Source: Escherichia coli (GTDB lineage Bacteria > Pseudomonadota > Gammaproteobacteria > Enterobacterales > Enterobacteriaceae). From it: a DNA stretch of 64,000 bases. The notes under the pieces were generated by a model that was not told where the DNA came from, searched no databases, and saw only the letters and a program-made list of their open reading frames with translations. Position 1 is the stretch's first letter. Every line of letters begins with the position of its first letter. The stretch lies in NCBI RefSeq assembly GCF_036507355.1, contig NZ_AP027877.1. One strand, 5' to 3'. The position numbers and the translations under genes are program-made. Shown one piece after another: positions 42,858 through 53,663 of the stretch.

Positions 42858-44177
42858 ATGGATATCTGCTCCCGAAACAAGAAATTAACGATTAGAAGAC
42901 CAGCGATACTGGTTGCACTGGCACTTTTACTGTGTAGTTGTAAAAGCACGCCTCCAGAGTCCATGGTGACACCACCAGCGGGTTCAAAGCCACCAGCCAC
43001 GACGCAACAATCGTCACAACCGATGCGTGGCATCTGGCTGGCCACGGTGTCTCGCCTCGACTGGCCACCGGTTTCCTCGGTTAACATTAGTAACCCCACC
43101 AGCCGGGCCCGTGTACAACAACAGGCGATGATCGACAAACTGGATCATCTGCAACGTCTCGGCATAAACACGGTCTTTTTCCAGGTCAAGCCGGACGGTA
43201 CCGCCCTGTGGCCATCGAAAATTTTGCCGTGGTCCGATCTTATGACCGGTAAGATTGGTGAAAATCCGGGTTACGATCCGCTGCAATTTATGCTCGACGA
43301 AGCCCACAAGCGTGGGATGAAAGTACACGCCTGGTTTAACCCCTATCGCGTATCGGTTAATACGAAGCCCGGTACTATCAGGGAACTGAATAGCACCCTG
43401 TCTCAACAACCGGCGAGCGTCTATGTGCAACACCGCGACTGGATCAGAACGTCCGGCGATCGCTTTGTCCTCGACCCGGGCATCCCTGAGGTTCAGGACT
43501 GGATCACATCAATAGTCGCAGAAGTGGTTTCCCGCTATCCGGTAGATGGCGTGCAGTTTGACGACTATTTCTATACTGAGTCACCGGGTTCACGGCTAAA
43601 TGATAACGAAACGTACCGCAAATACGGAGGCGCATTTGCGTCAAAAGCAGACTGGCGGCGCAACAATACTCAGCAGTTAATTGCAAAAGTATCGCACACC
43701 ATTAAAAGCATTAAGCCGGGAGTCGAATTTGGCGTTAGCCCGGCAGGCGTGTGGCGTAACCGATCACACGATCCGCTCGGCTCCGATACCCGAGGCGCGG
43801 CAGCCTATGACGAATCCTACGCTGACACTCGTCGATGGGTGGAACAAGGATTGCTGGATTACATTGCTCCCCAAATTTACTGGCCGTTCTCACGGAGTGC
43901 CGCGCGTTATGACGTGTTGGCAAAATGGTGGGCGGATGTCGTTAAACCGACCAGGACCCGCCTGTATATCGGTATCGCCTTCTATAAAGTGGGTGAACCT
44001 TCAAAGATAGAGCCAGACTGGATGATTAACGGCGGCGTACCGGAACTGAAAAAGCAGCTCGATCTTAACGATGCGGTACCAGAAATTAGCGGCACCATCT
44101 TGTTCCGTGAGGACTATCTGAATAAACCGCAGACTCAACAAGCGGTCAGCTATCTGCAAAGTCGTTGGGGCAGTTGA
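42858..44177 (+). CDS. yddW: lipoprotein YddW (439 aa), glycoside-hydrolase-like
   Basis: Lipobox (LLLCSC) and TIM-barrel-like domain; length matches YddW. Confidence 0.85.
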   Translation: MDICSRNKKLTIRRPAILVALALLLCSCKSTPPESMVTPPAGSKPPATTQQSSQPMRGIWLATVSRLDWPPVSSVNISNPTSRARVQQQAMIDKLDHLQRLGINTVFFQVKPDGTALWPSKILPWSDLMTGKIGENPGYDPLQFMLDEAHKRGMKVHAWFNPYRVSVNTKPGTIRELNSTLSQQPASVYVQHRDWIRTSGDRFVLDPGIPEVQDWITSIVAEVVSRYPVDGVQFDDYFYTESPGSRLNDNETYRKYGGAFASKADWRRNNTQQLIAKVSHTIKSIKPGVEFGVSPAGVWRNRSHDPLGSDTRGAAAYDESYADTRRWVEQGLLDYIAPQIYWPFSRSAARYDVLAKWWADVVKPTRTRLYIGIAFYKVGEPSKIEPDWMINGGVPELKKQLDLNDAVPEISGTILFREDYLNKPQTQQAVSYLQSRWGS

Positions 44178-44194
44178 ACTCCCATTTTTACTTT

Positions 44195-44229
44195 GTAACA
44201 AGCCAGTGCTTTACCCACTGGCTTGTTAC
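44195..44229 (+). terminator. hairpin after yddW (long perfect stem, no U-tract)
   Basis: GTAACAAGCCAGTG-ctttaccc-ACTGGCTTGTTAC. Confidence 0.4.
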
Positions 44230-44553
44230 CCTCTTGAAATATCCCACTAGTAATCATGCTTACATAAGTCAAATTAACCACGCAATTAACGACACTTAGT
44301 TAAACAGCCATAATCCCCCTAATAAAAATGTATGAATATGAAAAACCATACGATATTCGCAGTCACCGAAAAATAATTACGATGGGCTATACTCTTCTGA
44401 AGAACAGTAGCGTAGATTGAAACTGTCCTAAGTCGCTTATTTCTTTTTAGTATATCTTCATATTTCAGGAGAATATGGTGCAGTTAGTCGATCTCGCACG
44501 TTGCGTTTCGTTTTGATTCCGTCTGATTTCCCAGCCTTATAAGGGTGTGAATT

Positions 44554-45936
44554 ATGGAGATGTATTTTAAAAGAATGAAAGATGAGTGGACCGGACTTGT
44601 CGAACAGGCAGATCCGCCCATTCGAGCTAAAGCCGCGGAAATTGCCGTTGCGCATGCTCATTATCTGAGTATTGAGTTTTATCGAATTGTCCGCATCGAC
44701 CCGCATGCCGAAGAATTCTTGAGTAATGAACAAGTTGAGCGGCAGTTGAAAAGTGCGATGGAACGCTGGATTATTAACGTGCTTTCTGCCCAGGTTGACG
44801 ATGTCGAAAGGCTAATACAAATCCAGCATACCGTCGCGGAAGTGCATGCCCGCATAGGAATTCCGGTAGAAATTGTCGAGATGGGGTTTCGGGTGCTGAA
44901 AAAGATCCTCTATCCGGTAATCTTCTCTTCGGATTATTCTGCCGCAGAAAAACTTCAGGTCTACCATTTCTCGATTAACAGTATTGATATCGCTATGGAA
45001 GTGATGACCCGCGCGTTTACCTTTAGTGACAGTAGTGCCTCAAAAGAAGATGAAAACTATCGTATCTTCTCGTTACTGGAAAACGCCGAAGAAGAAAAAG
45101 AACGGCAAATAGCCTCAATACTTTCATGGGAAATAGATATCATCTATAAAATCCTGCTGGATTCTGATTTAGGCAGTAGTTTGCCTTTAAGCCAGGCTGA
45201 TTTTGGCCTGTGGTTTAACCATAAAGGTCGACATTATTTCAGCGGCATTGCTGAAGTGGGCCATATCTCTCGTCTGATTCAGGATTTCGACGGTATTTTC
45301 AATCAAACCATGCGTAACACCAGGAATTTGAATAACAGAAGTCTGCGGGTGAAATTTCTATTACAGATAAGAAATACTGTATCGCAAATTATTACCTTGC
45401 TGCGTGAATTGTTTGAAGAAGTATCGCGCCACGAAGTCGGTATGGATGTACTGACGAAATTACTTAACCGCCGTTTCCTGCCGACTATCTTCAAACGCGA
45501 AATTGCCCATGCCAACCGGACCGGTACACCGCTGTCAGTGCTGATTATTGACGTTGATAAATTCAAAGAGATCAACGATACGTGGGGCCATAACACTGGT
45601 GATGAAATTCTGCGTAAAGTCTCTCAGGCCTTTTATGACAACGTCCGCAGTAGTGATTATGTTTTCCGCTACGGGGGCGATGAATTTATCATTGTTTTGA
45701 CTGAAGCTTCTGAAAACGAAACGTTACGTACCGCAGAACGTATTCGCAGTCGGGTGGAGAAAACCAAACTGAAAGCCGCAAACGGCGAAGATATTGCCCT
45801 CTCACTTTCCATCGGTGCCGCCATGTTTAATGGTCATCCTGACTATGAGCGCCTCATTCAAATAGCCGATGAAGCTCTGTATATCGCCAAAAGACGAGGT
45901 AGAAACCGTGTTGAACTCTGGAAAGCCAGTCTTTAG
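44554..45936 (+). CDS. dosC: globin-coupled diguanylate cyclase DosC (460 aa)
   Basis: N-terminal globin sensor, C-terminal GGDEF domain (RYGGDEF); precedes dosP. Confidence 0.9.
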   Translation: MEMYFKRMKDEWTGLVEQADPPIRAKAAEIAVAHAHYLSIEFYRIVRIDPHAEEFLSNEQVERQLKSAMERWIINVLSAQVDDVERLIQIQHTVAEVHARIGIPVEIVEMGFRVLKKILYPVIFSSDYSAAEKLQVYHFSINSIDIAMEVMTRAFTFSDSSASKEDENYRIFSLLENAEEEKERQIASILSWEIDIIYKILLDSDLGSSLPLSQADFGLWFNHKGRHYFSGIAEVGHISRLIQDFDGIFNQTMRNTRNLNNRSLRVKFLLQIRNTVSQIITLLRELFEEVSRHEVGMDVLTKLLNRRFLPTIFKREIAHANRTGTPLSVLIIDVDKFKEINDTWGHNTGDEILRKVSQAFYDNVRSSDYVFRYGGDEFIIVLTEASENETLRTAERIRSRVEKTKLKAANGEDIALSLSIGAAMFNGHPDYERLIQIADEALYIAKRRGRNRVELWKASL

Positions 45937-45960
45937 ATGCGCCAGGATGCAGAGGTAATC

Positions 45961-48360
45961 ATGAAGCTAACCGATGCGGATAATGCCGCCGATGGCATTT
46001 TTTTCCCCGCCCTTGAGCAAAATATGATGGGTGCGGTGTTAATTAACGAAAATGATGAAGTGATGTTTTTCAACCCCGCCGCAGAGAAGCTCTGGGGGTA
46101 CAAACGTGAAGAAGTCATTGGCAATAACATTGATATGCTGATTCCGCGGGATTTGCGTCCTGCGCATCCTGAATACATTCGTCACAACCGTGAAGGCGGT
46201 AAAGCGCGCGTCGAGGGGATGAGTCGGGAGCTGCAGCTGGAGAAAAAAGACGGCAGTAAAATCTGGACCCGTTTTGCGCTATCGAAAGTGAGCGACGAGG
46301 GGAAAGTTTATTACCTGGCGCTGGTACGGGATGCCAGCGTAGAAATGGCGCAAAAAGAACAGACCAGACAATTGATTATTGCCGTTGACCATCTCGACCG
46401 ACCGGTGATTGTCCTCGATCCGGAACGCCATATTGTGCAGTGCAATCGCGCATTTACCGAAATGTTTGGTTACTGCATTAGCGAAGCCAGCGGTATGCAG
46501 CCCGATACACTCCTGAACATTCCTGAATTCCCTGCCGATAACCGCATTCGTTTACAACAGTTGCTATGGAAAACCGCCCGCGATCAGGACGAATTTCTGC
46601 TGTTGACGCGCACCGGTGAAAAAATCTGGATTAAAGCCTCTATCAGCCCGGTTTATGACGTGCTCGCGCATCTGCAGAACCTGGTAATGACTTTCTCGGA
46701 TATCACCGAAGAACGGCAGATCCGCCAGCTTGAAGGCAATATTCTCGCCGCCATGTGCAGCAGCCCGCCATTTCATGAAATGGGGGAAATCATTTGTCGT
46801 AACATCGAATCTGTTCTCAACGAATCGCATGTTTCGCTGTTCGCACTGCGCAACGGGATGCCGATACACTGGGCGTCATCTTCGCACGGTGCAGAAGTTC
46901 AAAATGCGCAAAGCTGGTCAGCGACCATTCGTCAGCGTGATGGCGCGCCTGCGGGGATCCTGCAAATTAAAACCTCGTCAGGAGCAGAAACCAGCGCCTT
47001 TATCGAACGCGTGGCAGATATCAGCCAGCATATGGCCGCGCTGGCGCTGGAACAGGAAAAAAGCCGTCAGCATATTGAACAACTCATCCAATTTGATCCG
47101 ATGACCGGTCTGCCAAATCGCAATAACCTGCACAATTACCTCGATGACCTGATCGACAAAGCCGTCTCTCCGGTGGTGTATCTCATCGGTGTTGACCATA
47201 TTCAGGATGTGATTGATAGCCTTGGCTATGCGTGGGCCGATCAGGCATTGCTGGAAGTGGTCAATCGCTTTCGTGAAAAACTCAAACCGGATCAGTATCT
47301 CTGTCGTATCGAAGGTACGCAGTTTGTCCTCGTGAGCCTGGAAAACGACGTCAGTAACATTACCCAAATCGCCGATGAGCTACGGAATGTGGTCAGCAAG
47401 CCGATAATGATTGACGATAAACCCTTCCCGCTTACCTTGAGTATTGGCATCAGCTACGACGTGGGTAAAAACCGCGATTACCTGCTCTCCACTGCTCACA
47501 ATGCAATGGATTATATTCGCAAGAATGGGGGTAACGGCTGGCAGTTCTTCAGCCCGGCGATGAACGAAATGGTAAAAGAGCGTTTGGTTTTAGGCGCAGC
47601 GCTGAAAGAAGCGATTAGCAATAACCAACTGAAACTGGTTTACCAGCCGCAAATCTTCGCAGAAACGGGTGAACTCTACGGCATCGAAGCCCTTGCTCGC
47701 TGGCACGATCCCCAGCATGGTCATGTGCCCCCTTCACGGTTTATTCCTCTCGCAGAAGAGATTGGTGAAATCGAAAATATTGGGCGCTGGGTCATCGCGG
47801 AAGCTTGCCGTCAGTTAGCAGAATGGCGTAGCCAGAATATTCATATCCCGGCGTTATCCGTGAACTTGTCGGCGCTGCACTTTCGCAGTAATCAACTGCC
47901 TAATCAGGTGTCTGATGCAATGCAAGCCTGGGGTATTGACGGCCACCAGCTGACGGTGGAAATCACAGAAAGCATGATGATGGAACACGATACCGAAATC
48001 TTTAAGCGCATTCAGATCCTGCGTGATATGGGCGTGGGTTTATCGGTAGATGATTTTGGCACGGGCTTTTCCGGATTATCCCGCTTAGTCAGTCTTCCGG
48101 TAACGGAAATCAAAATTGACAAAAGTTTTGTCGATCGTTGTCTGACGGAAAAACGCATCCTTGCCTTACTTGAAGCCATTACCAGCATTGGGCAAAGCCT
48201 CAATTTAACCGTCGTGGCGGAAGGCGTCGAAACCAAAGAGCAATTTGAGATGCTACGTAAGATCCACTGTCGCGTTATTCAGGGATATTTCTTTTCCCGC
48301 CCCCTACCCGCCGAAGAAATTCCATGCTGGATGAGCAGCGTGTTACCGCTGAAAACCTGA
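45961..48360 (+). CDS. dosP: haem-PAS c-di-GMP phosphodiesterase DosP (799 aa)
   Basis: PAS domains, degenerate GGDEF, EAL domain (EALAR); start taken at MKLTDADNAADG. Confidence 0.9.
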   Translation: MKLTDADNAADGIFFPALEQNMMGAVLINENDEVMFFNPAAEKLWGYKREEVIGNNIDMLIPRDLRPAHPEYIRHNREGGKARVEGMSRELQLEKKDGSKIWTRFALSKVSDEGKVYYLALVRDASVEMAQKEQTRQLIIAVDHLDRPVIVLDPERHIVQCNRAFTEMFGYCISEASGMQPDTLLNIPEFPADNRIRLQQLLWKTARDQDEFLLLTRTGEKIWIKASISPVYDVLAHLQNLVMTFSDITEERQIRQLEGNILAAMCSSPPFHEMGEIICRNIESVLNESHVSLFALRNGMPIHWASSSHGAEVQNAQSWSATIRQRDGAPAGILQIKTSSGAETSAFIERVADISQHMAALALEQEKSRQHIEQLIQFDPMTGLPNRNNLHNYLDDLIDKAVSPVVYLIGVDHIQDVIDSLGYAWADQALLEVVNRFREKLKPDQYLCRIEGTQFVLVSLENDVSNITQIADELRNVVSKPIMIDDKPFPLTLSIGISYDVGKNRDYLLSTAHNAMDYIRKNGGNGWQFFSPAMNEMVKERLVLGAALKEAISNNQLKLVYQPQIFAETGELYGIEALARWHDPQHGHVPPSRFIPLAEEIGEIENIGRWVIAEACRQLAEWRSQNIHIPALSVNLSALHFRSNQLPNQVSDAMQAWGIDGHQLTVEITESMMMEHDTEIFKRIQILRDMGVGLSVDDFGTGFSGLSRLVSLPVTEIKIDKSFVDRCLTEKRILALLEAITSIGQSLNLTVVAEGVETKEQFEMLRKIHCRVIQGYFFSRPLPAEEIPCWMSSVLPLKT

Positions 48361-48617
48361 CAAATTCCTCTCGCCCGCACTCGCGGGTTTTCATTTAACG
48401 TGACACTGTCACTTAAATACTGTGATTTCAGCTACGATTCCGGGAGATTCCTTCCTTAACTTCCCCTCTTGCACCAAAACTGCACTACGCTGCACAAATG
48501 TTGATCAAAAGTTAAAAAATATAACTTTAAGCCAGCATTCTGGCGCTTATCCCGGCATGGCATGAGATCTGCATAAGCGGAAAGCGCAGCAATTTTTGTC
48601 TTATACAGGAACCGTTT

Positions 48618-49199
48618 ATGTCGGATACCACCGAACTGGTTGATTTAGCCGTGATCTTCCCTGATCTGGAGATCGAATTGAAATACGCCTGCGCTGATAA
48701 CATCACAGGTAAAGCTATTTACCAGCAAGCGCGTTGTCTGTTACACAAGGATGCGATTACCGCGCTGGCGAAAAGTATCAGTATCGCCCAGCTATCAGGC
48801 TTACAACTGGTGATTTACGATGCGTATCGCCCACAACAAGCACAGGCGATGTTGTGGCAAGCCTGCCCAGACCCGCAATATGTTGTTGATGTGACGGTCG
48901 GTTCTAATCACAGCCGTGGCACGGCGATCGATCTGACGCTTCGTGATGAGCACGGGAACATCCTGGATATGGGCGCAGAGTTCGATGAAATGCACGAGCG
49001 CTCCCATGCCTATCACCCTTCCGTCCCGCCCGCCGCTCAGCGCAATCGGCTGTTGCTGAATGCGATTATGACTGGTGGCGGTTTTGTCGGTATCTCCAGC
49101 GAATGGTGGCACTTCGAATTACCCCAGGCAGCGAGTTACCCTCTGCTCGCTGATCAATTCACCTGTTTTATATCCCCTGGCACACAGCACGTCAGTTAA
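48618..49199 (+). CDS. ddpX: D-Ala-D-Ala dipeptidase DdpX (193 aa)
   Basis: VanX-like zinc dipeptidase motifs (SNHSRGTAIDL, WWHFE); first gene of the ddp operon. Confidence 0.9.
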   Translation: MSDTTELVDLAVIFPDLEIELKYACADNITGKAIYQQARCLLHKDAITALAKSISIAQLSGLQLVIYDAYRPQQAQAMLWQACPDPQYVVDVTVGSNHSRGTAIDLTLRDEHGNILDMGAEFDEMHERSHAYHPSVPPAAQRNRLLLNAIMTGGGFVGISSEWWHFELPQAASYPLLADQFTCFISPGTQHVS

Positions 49200-49212
49200 T
49201 CAGGAAACTGTC

Positions 49213-50763
49213 ATGAAGAGATCGATATCGTTTCGTCCCACATTGCTCGCGCTCGTCCTTGCCACAACTTTCCCGGTTGCGCACGCCGCCGTACCGAAAG
49301 ATATGCTGGTGATCGGTAAAGCTGCCGATCCACAAACCCTCGACCCGGCAGTGACAATTGATAATAACGACTGGACGGTGACCTACCCGTCTTATCAGCG
49401 ACTGGTTCAGTACATAACGGACGGTGATAAAGGCTCAACCGACGTTGAAGGCGATCTGGCAAGTAGCTGGAAAGCGTCTGACGATCAAAAAGAGTGGACG
49501 TTCACCCTGAAGGACAATGCTAAATTTGCCGATGGCACACCGGTCACTGCCGAAGCAGTAAAACTCTCTTTTGAGCGGCTACTAAAAATCGGCCAGGGGC
49601 CAGCAGAAGCATTTCCCAAAGATTTAAAGATTGATGCTCCCGACGAACATACGGTGAAGTTTACCCTTAGCCAACCATTCGCACCGTTCCTCTACACGCT
49701 GGCGAATGACGGTGCATCCATTATCAATCCGGCGGTCTTAAAGGAACATGCAGCGGATGATGCTCGCGGCTTCCTCGCGCAAAATACCGCCGGTTCCGGA
49801 CCATTTATGCTGAAAAGCTGGCAAAAAGGTCAGCAATTAGTTCTGGTGCCAAATCCGCATTACCCAGGCAATAAACCGAACTTCAAACGGGTATCGGTAA
49901 AAATTATTGGTGAAAGTGCCTCCCGTCGCCTGCAGCTCTCCCGTGGCGACATTGACATTGCCGATGCGCTGCCGGTGGATCAACTCAACGCCCTGAAGCA
50001 GGAAAATAAAGTCAATGTGGCAGAGTATCCGTCACTGCGCGTCACCTATCTGTATCTGAATAACAGCAAAGCGCCTCTTAATCAGGCGGATCTGCGTCGG
50101 GCCATTTCCTGGTCTACCGATTATCAGGGCATGGTTAACGGCATTCTGAGTGGTAACGGAAAACAGATGCGCGGCCCGATTCCGGAAGGCATGTGGGGCT
50201 ACGATGCGACGGCAATGCAATACAACCATGACGAAACGAAAGCCAAAGCCGAATGGGATAAAGTGAAGAGCAAACCCACCAGCCTGACGTTTCTCTACTC
50301 CGATAACGATCCGAACTGGGAGCCTATTGCTCTGGCGACACAATCCAGTCTCAACAAGCTGGGCATCAATGTGAAGCTGGAAAAGCTGGCGAACGCCACC
50401 ATGCGCGACAGAGTGGGTAAAGGTGATTACGACATTGCGATTGGCAACTGGAGTCCGGATTTTGCCGACCCGTATATGTTTATGAATTACTGGTTTGAGT
50501 CAGACAAAAAAGGTCTGCCGGGTAACCGCTCGTTCTATGAAAACAGTGAGGTCGATAAGTTACTGCGCAATGCGCTCGCGACCACCGACCAGACGCAGCG
50601 TACCCGAGACTACCAGCAGGCACAGAAAATCGTCATTGATGACGCTGCTTATGTGTACCTGTTCCAGAAAAACTACCAACTGGCGATGAACAAAGAGGTG
50701 AAAGGCTTTGTGTTCAATCCCATGCTGGAACAGGTCTTCAATATCAATACCATGAGTAAATAA
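49213..50763 (+). CDS. ddpA: D-Ala-D-Ala ABC transporter periplasmic binding protein DdpA (516 aa)
   Basis: Signal peptide, family-5 solute-binding protein; start at MKRSISFRPTLL. Confidence 0.9.
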   Translation: MKRSISFRPTLLALVLATTFPVAHAAVPKDMLVIGKAADPQTLDPAVTIDNNDWTVTYPSYQRLVQYITDGDKGSTDVEGDLASSWKASDDQKEWTFTLKDNAKFADGTPVTAEAVKLSFERLLKIGQGPAEAFPKDLKIDAPDEHTVKFTLSQPFAPFLYTLANDGASIINPAVLKEHAADDARGFLAQNTAGSGPFMLKSWQKGQQLVLVPNPHYPGNKPNFKRVSVKIIGESASRRLQLSRGDIDIADALPVDQLNALKQENKVNVAEYPSLRVTYLYLNNSKAPLNQADLRRAISWSTDYQGMVNGILSGNGKQMRGPIPEGMWGYDATAMQYNHDETKAKAEWDKVKSKPTSLTFLYSDNDPNWEPIALATQSSLNKLGINVKLEKLANATMRDRVGKGDYDIAIGNWSPDFADPYMFMNYWFESDKKGLPGNRSFYENSEVDKLLRNALATTDQTQRTRDYQQAQKIVIDDAAYVYLFQKNYQLAMNKEVKGFVFNPMLEQVFNINTMSK

Positions 50764-50764
50764 C

Positions 50765-51787
50765 GTGACCTTCTGGAGTATTTTACGCCAACGCTGCTGG
50801 GGGCTGGTGCTCGTGGTGGCGGGCGTCTGCGTGATTACGTTTATTATCTCGCACCTGATCCCTGGCGATCCGGCGCGGTTACTGGCGGGTGACCGCGCCA
50901 GCGATGCTATCGTGGATAATATTCGCCAGCAACTGGGACTGGACCAGCCACTGTACGTACAGTTTTACCGCTACGTCAGCGACCTGTTTCAGGGTGACCT
51001 GGGAACATCCATTCGTACCGGGCGTCCGGTGCTGGAAGAGTTGCGCATATTTTTCCCGGCGACGCTGGAACTGGCTTTTTGTGCCCTGCTGCTGGCACTC
51101 CTGATTGGCATCCCACTGGGCATACTCTCTGCAGTATGGCGAAATCGCTGGCTGGATCATCTGGTGCGAATAATGGCCATTACCGGAATCTCCACACCTG
51201 CGTTCTGGCTTGGGCTGGGCGTCATTGTGCTGTTTTATGGTCATCTGCAAATTCTTCCCGGCGGCGGAAGGCTTGATGACTGGCTGGATCCGCCAACGCA
51301 CGTTACCGGCTTTTATCTGCTCGATGCGTTGCTTGAAGGCAACGGTGAAGTCTTCTTCAATGCGTTGCAACATCTCATCTTACCGGCATTAACGCTGGCG
51401 TTTGTTCACCTGGGGATTGTCGCCCGCCAGATCCGCTCAGCGATGCTGGAACAATTGAATGAAGACTACATTCGTACCGCCCGGGCCAGCGGCTTGCCCG
51501 GCTGGTATATCGTTCTATGTTATGCGCTACCCAATGCGTTGATCCCATCGATTACCGTATTGGGGCTGGCGCTGGGCGATTTGTTGTATGGCGCAGTGCT
51601 CACCGAAACCGTTTTTGCCTGGCCCGGAATGGGGGCATGGGTAGTGACATCAATACAGGCGCTCGACTTCCCGGCAGTGATGGGATTTGCCGTCGTGGTT
51701 TCGTTTGCTTATGTGCTGGTCAACCTGGTGGTGGATTTGCTCTATTTGTGGATTGATCCGCGTATCGGACGTGGAGGTGGTGAATGA
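50765..51787 (+). CDS. ddpB: dipeptide ABC transporter permease DdpB (340 aa)
   Basis: DppB-type permease; GTG start one base after the ddpA stop. Confidence 0.85.
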   Translation: MTFWSILRQRCWGLVLVVAGVCVITFIISHLIPGDPARLLAGDRASDAIVDNIRQQLGLDQPLYVQFYRYVSDLFQGDLGTSIRTGRPVLEELRIFFPATLELAFCALLLALLIGIPLGILSAVWRNRWLDHLVRIMAITGISTPAFWLGLGVIVLFYGHLQILPGGGRLDDWLDPPTHVTGFYLLDALLEGNGEVFFNALQHLILPALTLAFVHLGIVARQIRSAMLEQLNEDYIRTARASGLPGWYIVLCYALPNALIPSITVLGLALGDLLYGAVLTETVFAWPGMGAWVVTSIQALDFPAVMGFAVVVSFAYVLVNLVVDLLYLWIDPRIGRGGGE

Positions 51788-52680
51788 TGCTAAGCGAGGA
51801 AACGTCCGCCGTACGCCCACAAAAACAAACGCGATTTAACGGTGCAAAACTGGTATGGATGCTGAAAGGCAGTCCGCTCACCGTGACCGGCGCAGTCATC
51901 ATTGTATTAATGCTATTGATGATGATTTTTTCACCGTGGCTTGCGACGCATGATCCCAACGCCATTGATTTAACCGCCCGCCTTTTGCCGCCTTCTGCGG
52001 CGCACTGGTTTGGCACCGATGAAGTGGGACGCGATCTGTTTAGCCGCGTACTGGTCGGCAGTCAGCAATCAATTCTCGCCGGATTAGTGGTGGTCGCCAT
52101 TGCGGGTATGATTGGTTCGCTACTCGGATGTCTATCCGGTGTGCTTGGCGGACGCGCAGACGCCATCATCATGCGCATCATGGACATTATGCTGTCGATT
52201 CCTTCGTTGGTACTGACAATGGCACTGGCTGCTGCTCTCGGGCCGAGTTTATTTAACGCCATGCTGGCGATTGCTATTGTGCGAATTCCCTTTTATGTGC
52301 GCCTGGCGCGGGGGCAAGCATTAGTTGTACGCCAGTATACCTATGTTCAGGCGGCGAAAACCTTTGGCGCGTCTCGTTGGCATCTGATCAGCTGGCATAT
52401 TTTACGTAACTCCCTGCCGCCGCTGATCGTGCAGGCATCGCTGGATATCGGTAGCGCGATTTTAATGGCCGCCACGTTGGGATTTATTGGCTTGGGTGCT
52501 CAACAACCGAGTGCTGAATGGGGCGCGATGGTAGCAAATGGTCGCAACTATGTACTCGATCAGTGGTGGTATTGCGCATTTCCGGGGGCAGCGATTTTGC
52601 TTACCGCCGTCGGGTTTAATCTCTTTGGTGATGGTATTCGCGATCTGCTTGACCCGAAAGCAGGAGGAAAGCAGTCATGA
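51784..52680 (+). CDS. ddpC: dipeptide ABC transporter permease DdpC (298 aa)
   Basis: DppC-type permease; 4-bp overlap with ddpB. Confidence 0.9.
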   Translation: MMLSEETSAVRPQKQTRFNGAKLVWMLKGSPLTVTGAVIIVLMLLMMIFSPWLATHDPNAIDLTARLLPPSAAHWFGTDEVGRDLFSRVLVGSQQSILAGLVVVAIAGMIGSLLGCLSGVLGGRADAIIMRIMDIMLSIPSLVLTMALAAALGPSLFNAMLAIAIVRIPFYVRLARGQALVVRQYTYVQAAKTFGASRWHLISWHILRNSLPPLIVQASLDIGSAILMAATLGFIGLGAQQPSAEWGAMVANGRNYVLDQWWYCAFPGAAILLTAVGFNLFGDGIRDLLDPKAGGKQS

Positions 52681-53663
52681 CCCAACCCGTTCTGGACATT
52701 CAACAACTGCATTTGAGTTTCCCCGGTTTTAACGGTGATGTTCACGCGCTCAACAATGTGTCCTTGCAGATTAACCGCGGTGAAATTGTCGGTCTGGTGG
52801 GAGAATCCGGCTCAGGTAAATCAGTCACCGCAATGCTGATTATGCGTCTGCTACCGACGGGCAGTTATTGCGTACATCGGGGGCAGATTTCCCTGCTGGG
52901 AGACGATGTTCTTAACGCGCGGGAAAAACAGCTTCGTCAGTGGCGCGGCGCACGAGTGGCGATGATCTTTCAGGAACCGATGACCGCCCTCAATCCGACA
53001 CGTCGAATAGGTCTTCAGATGATGGACGTGATCCGCCATCATCAACCAATAAGTCGTCGGGAAGCCAGAGCTAAAGCGATTACCCTGCTGGAAGAGATGC
53101 AAATCCCGGATGCCGTGGAAGTTATGTCGCGCTATCCGTTTGAGCTTTCAGGTGGTATGCGCCAGCGGGTAATGATTGCGCTGGCATTCTCCTGCGAGCC
53201 GCAATTGATTATTGCCGACGAACCGACTACGGCGCTGGACGTCACGGTACAGTTGCAGGTACTGCGTTTGCTTAAACATAAAGCCCGCGCCAGTGGAACT
53301 GCGGTACTGTTCATCAGCCATGATATGGCCGTGGTGTCGCAACTGTGCGATAGCGTTTACGTGATGTATGCCGGAAGCGTAATTGAAAGCGGCGTGACGG
53401 CAGACGTTATCCATCATCCCCGGCATCCGTATACCATTGGTTTGCTGCAATGCGCACCAGAACATGGAGTACCACGCCAGCCATTACCCGCCATTCCAGG
53501 GACGGTACCAAACCTCACCCATTTGCCTGACGGCTGCGCTTTTCGCGATCGTTGCTATGCGGCAGGTGCACAGTGTGAAAACGTCCCGGCGCTGACAGCG
53601 TGTGGTGACAACAACCAGCGCTGCGCCTGTTGGTATCCGCAGCAGGAGGTCATAAGTGTCTGA
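52677..53663 (+). CDS. ddpD: dipeptide ABC transporter ATPase DdpD (328 aa)
   Basis: Walker A GESGSGKS, ABC signature LSGGMRQR. Confidence 0.9.
   Translation: MTQPVLDIQQLHLSFPGFNGDVHALNNVSLQINRGEIVGLVGESGSGKSVTAMLIMRLLPTGSYCVHRGQISLLGDDVLNAREKQLRQWRGARVAMIFQEPMTALNPTRRIGLQMMDVIRHHQPISRREARAKAITLLEEMQIPDAVEVMSRYPFELSGGMRQRVMIALAFSCEPQLIIADEPTTALDVTVQLQVLRLLKHKARASGTAVLFISHDMAVVSQLCDSVYVMYAGSVIESGVTADVIHHPRHPYTIGLLQCAPEHGVPRQPLPAIPGTVPNLTHLPDGCAFRDRCYAAGAQCENVPALTACGDNNQRCACWYPQQEVISV

Noticed and set aside
50879-51373. 164-aa minus-strand ORF inside ddpB
   Set aside because: Antisense to the permease gene; no independent coding support.
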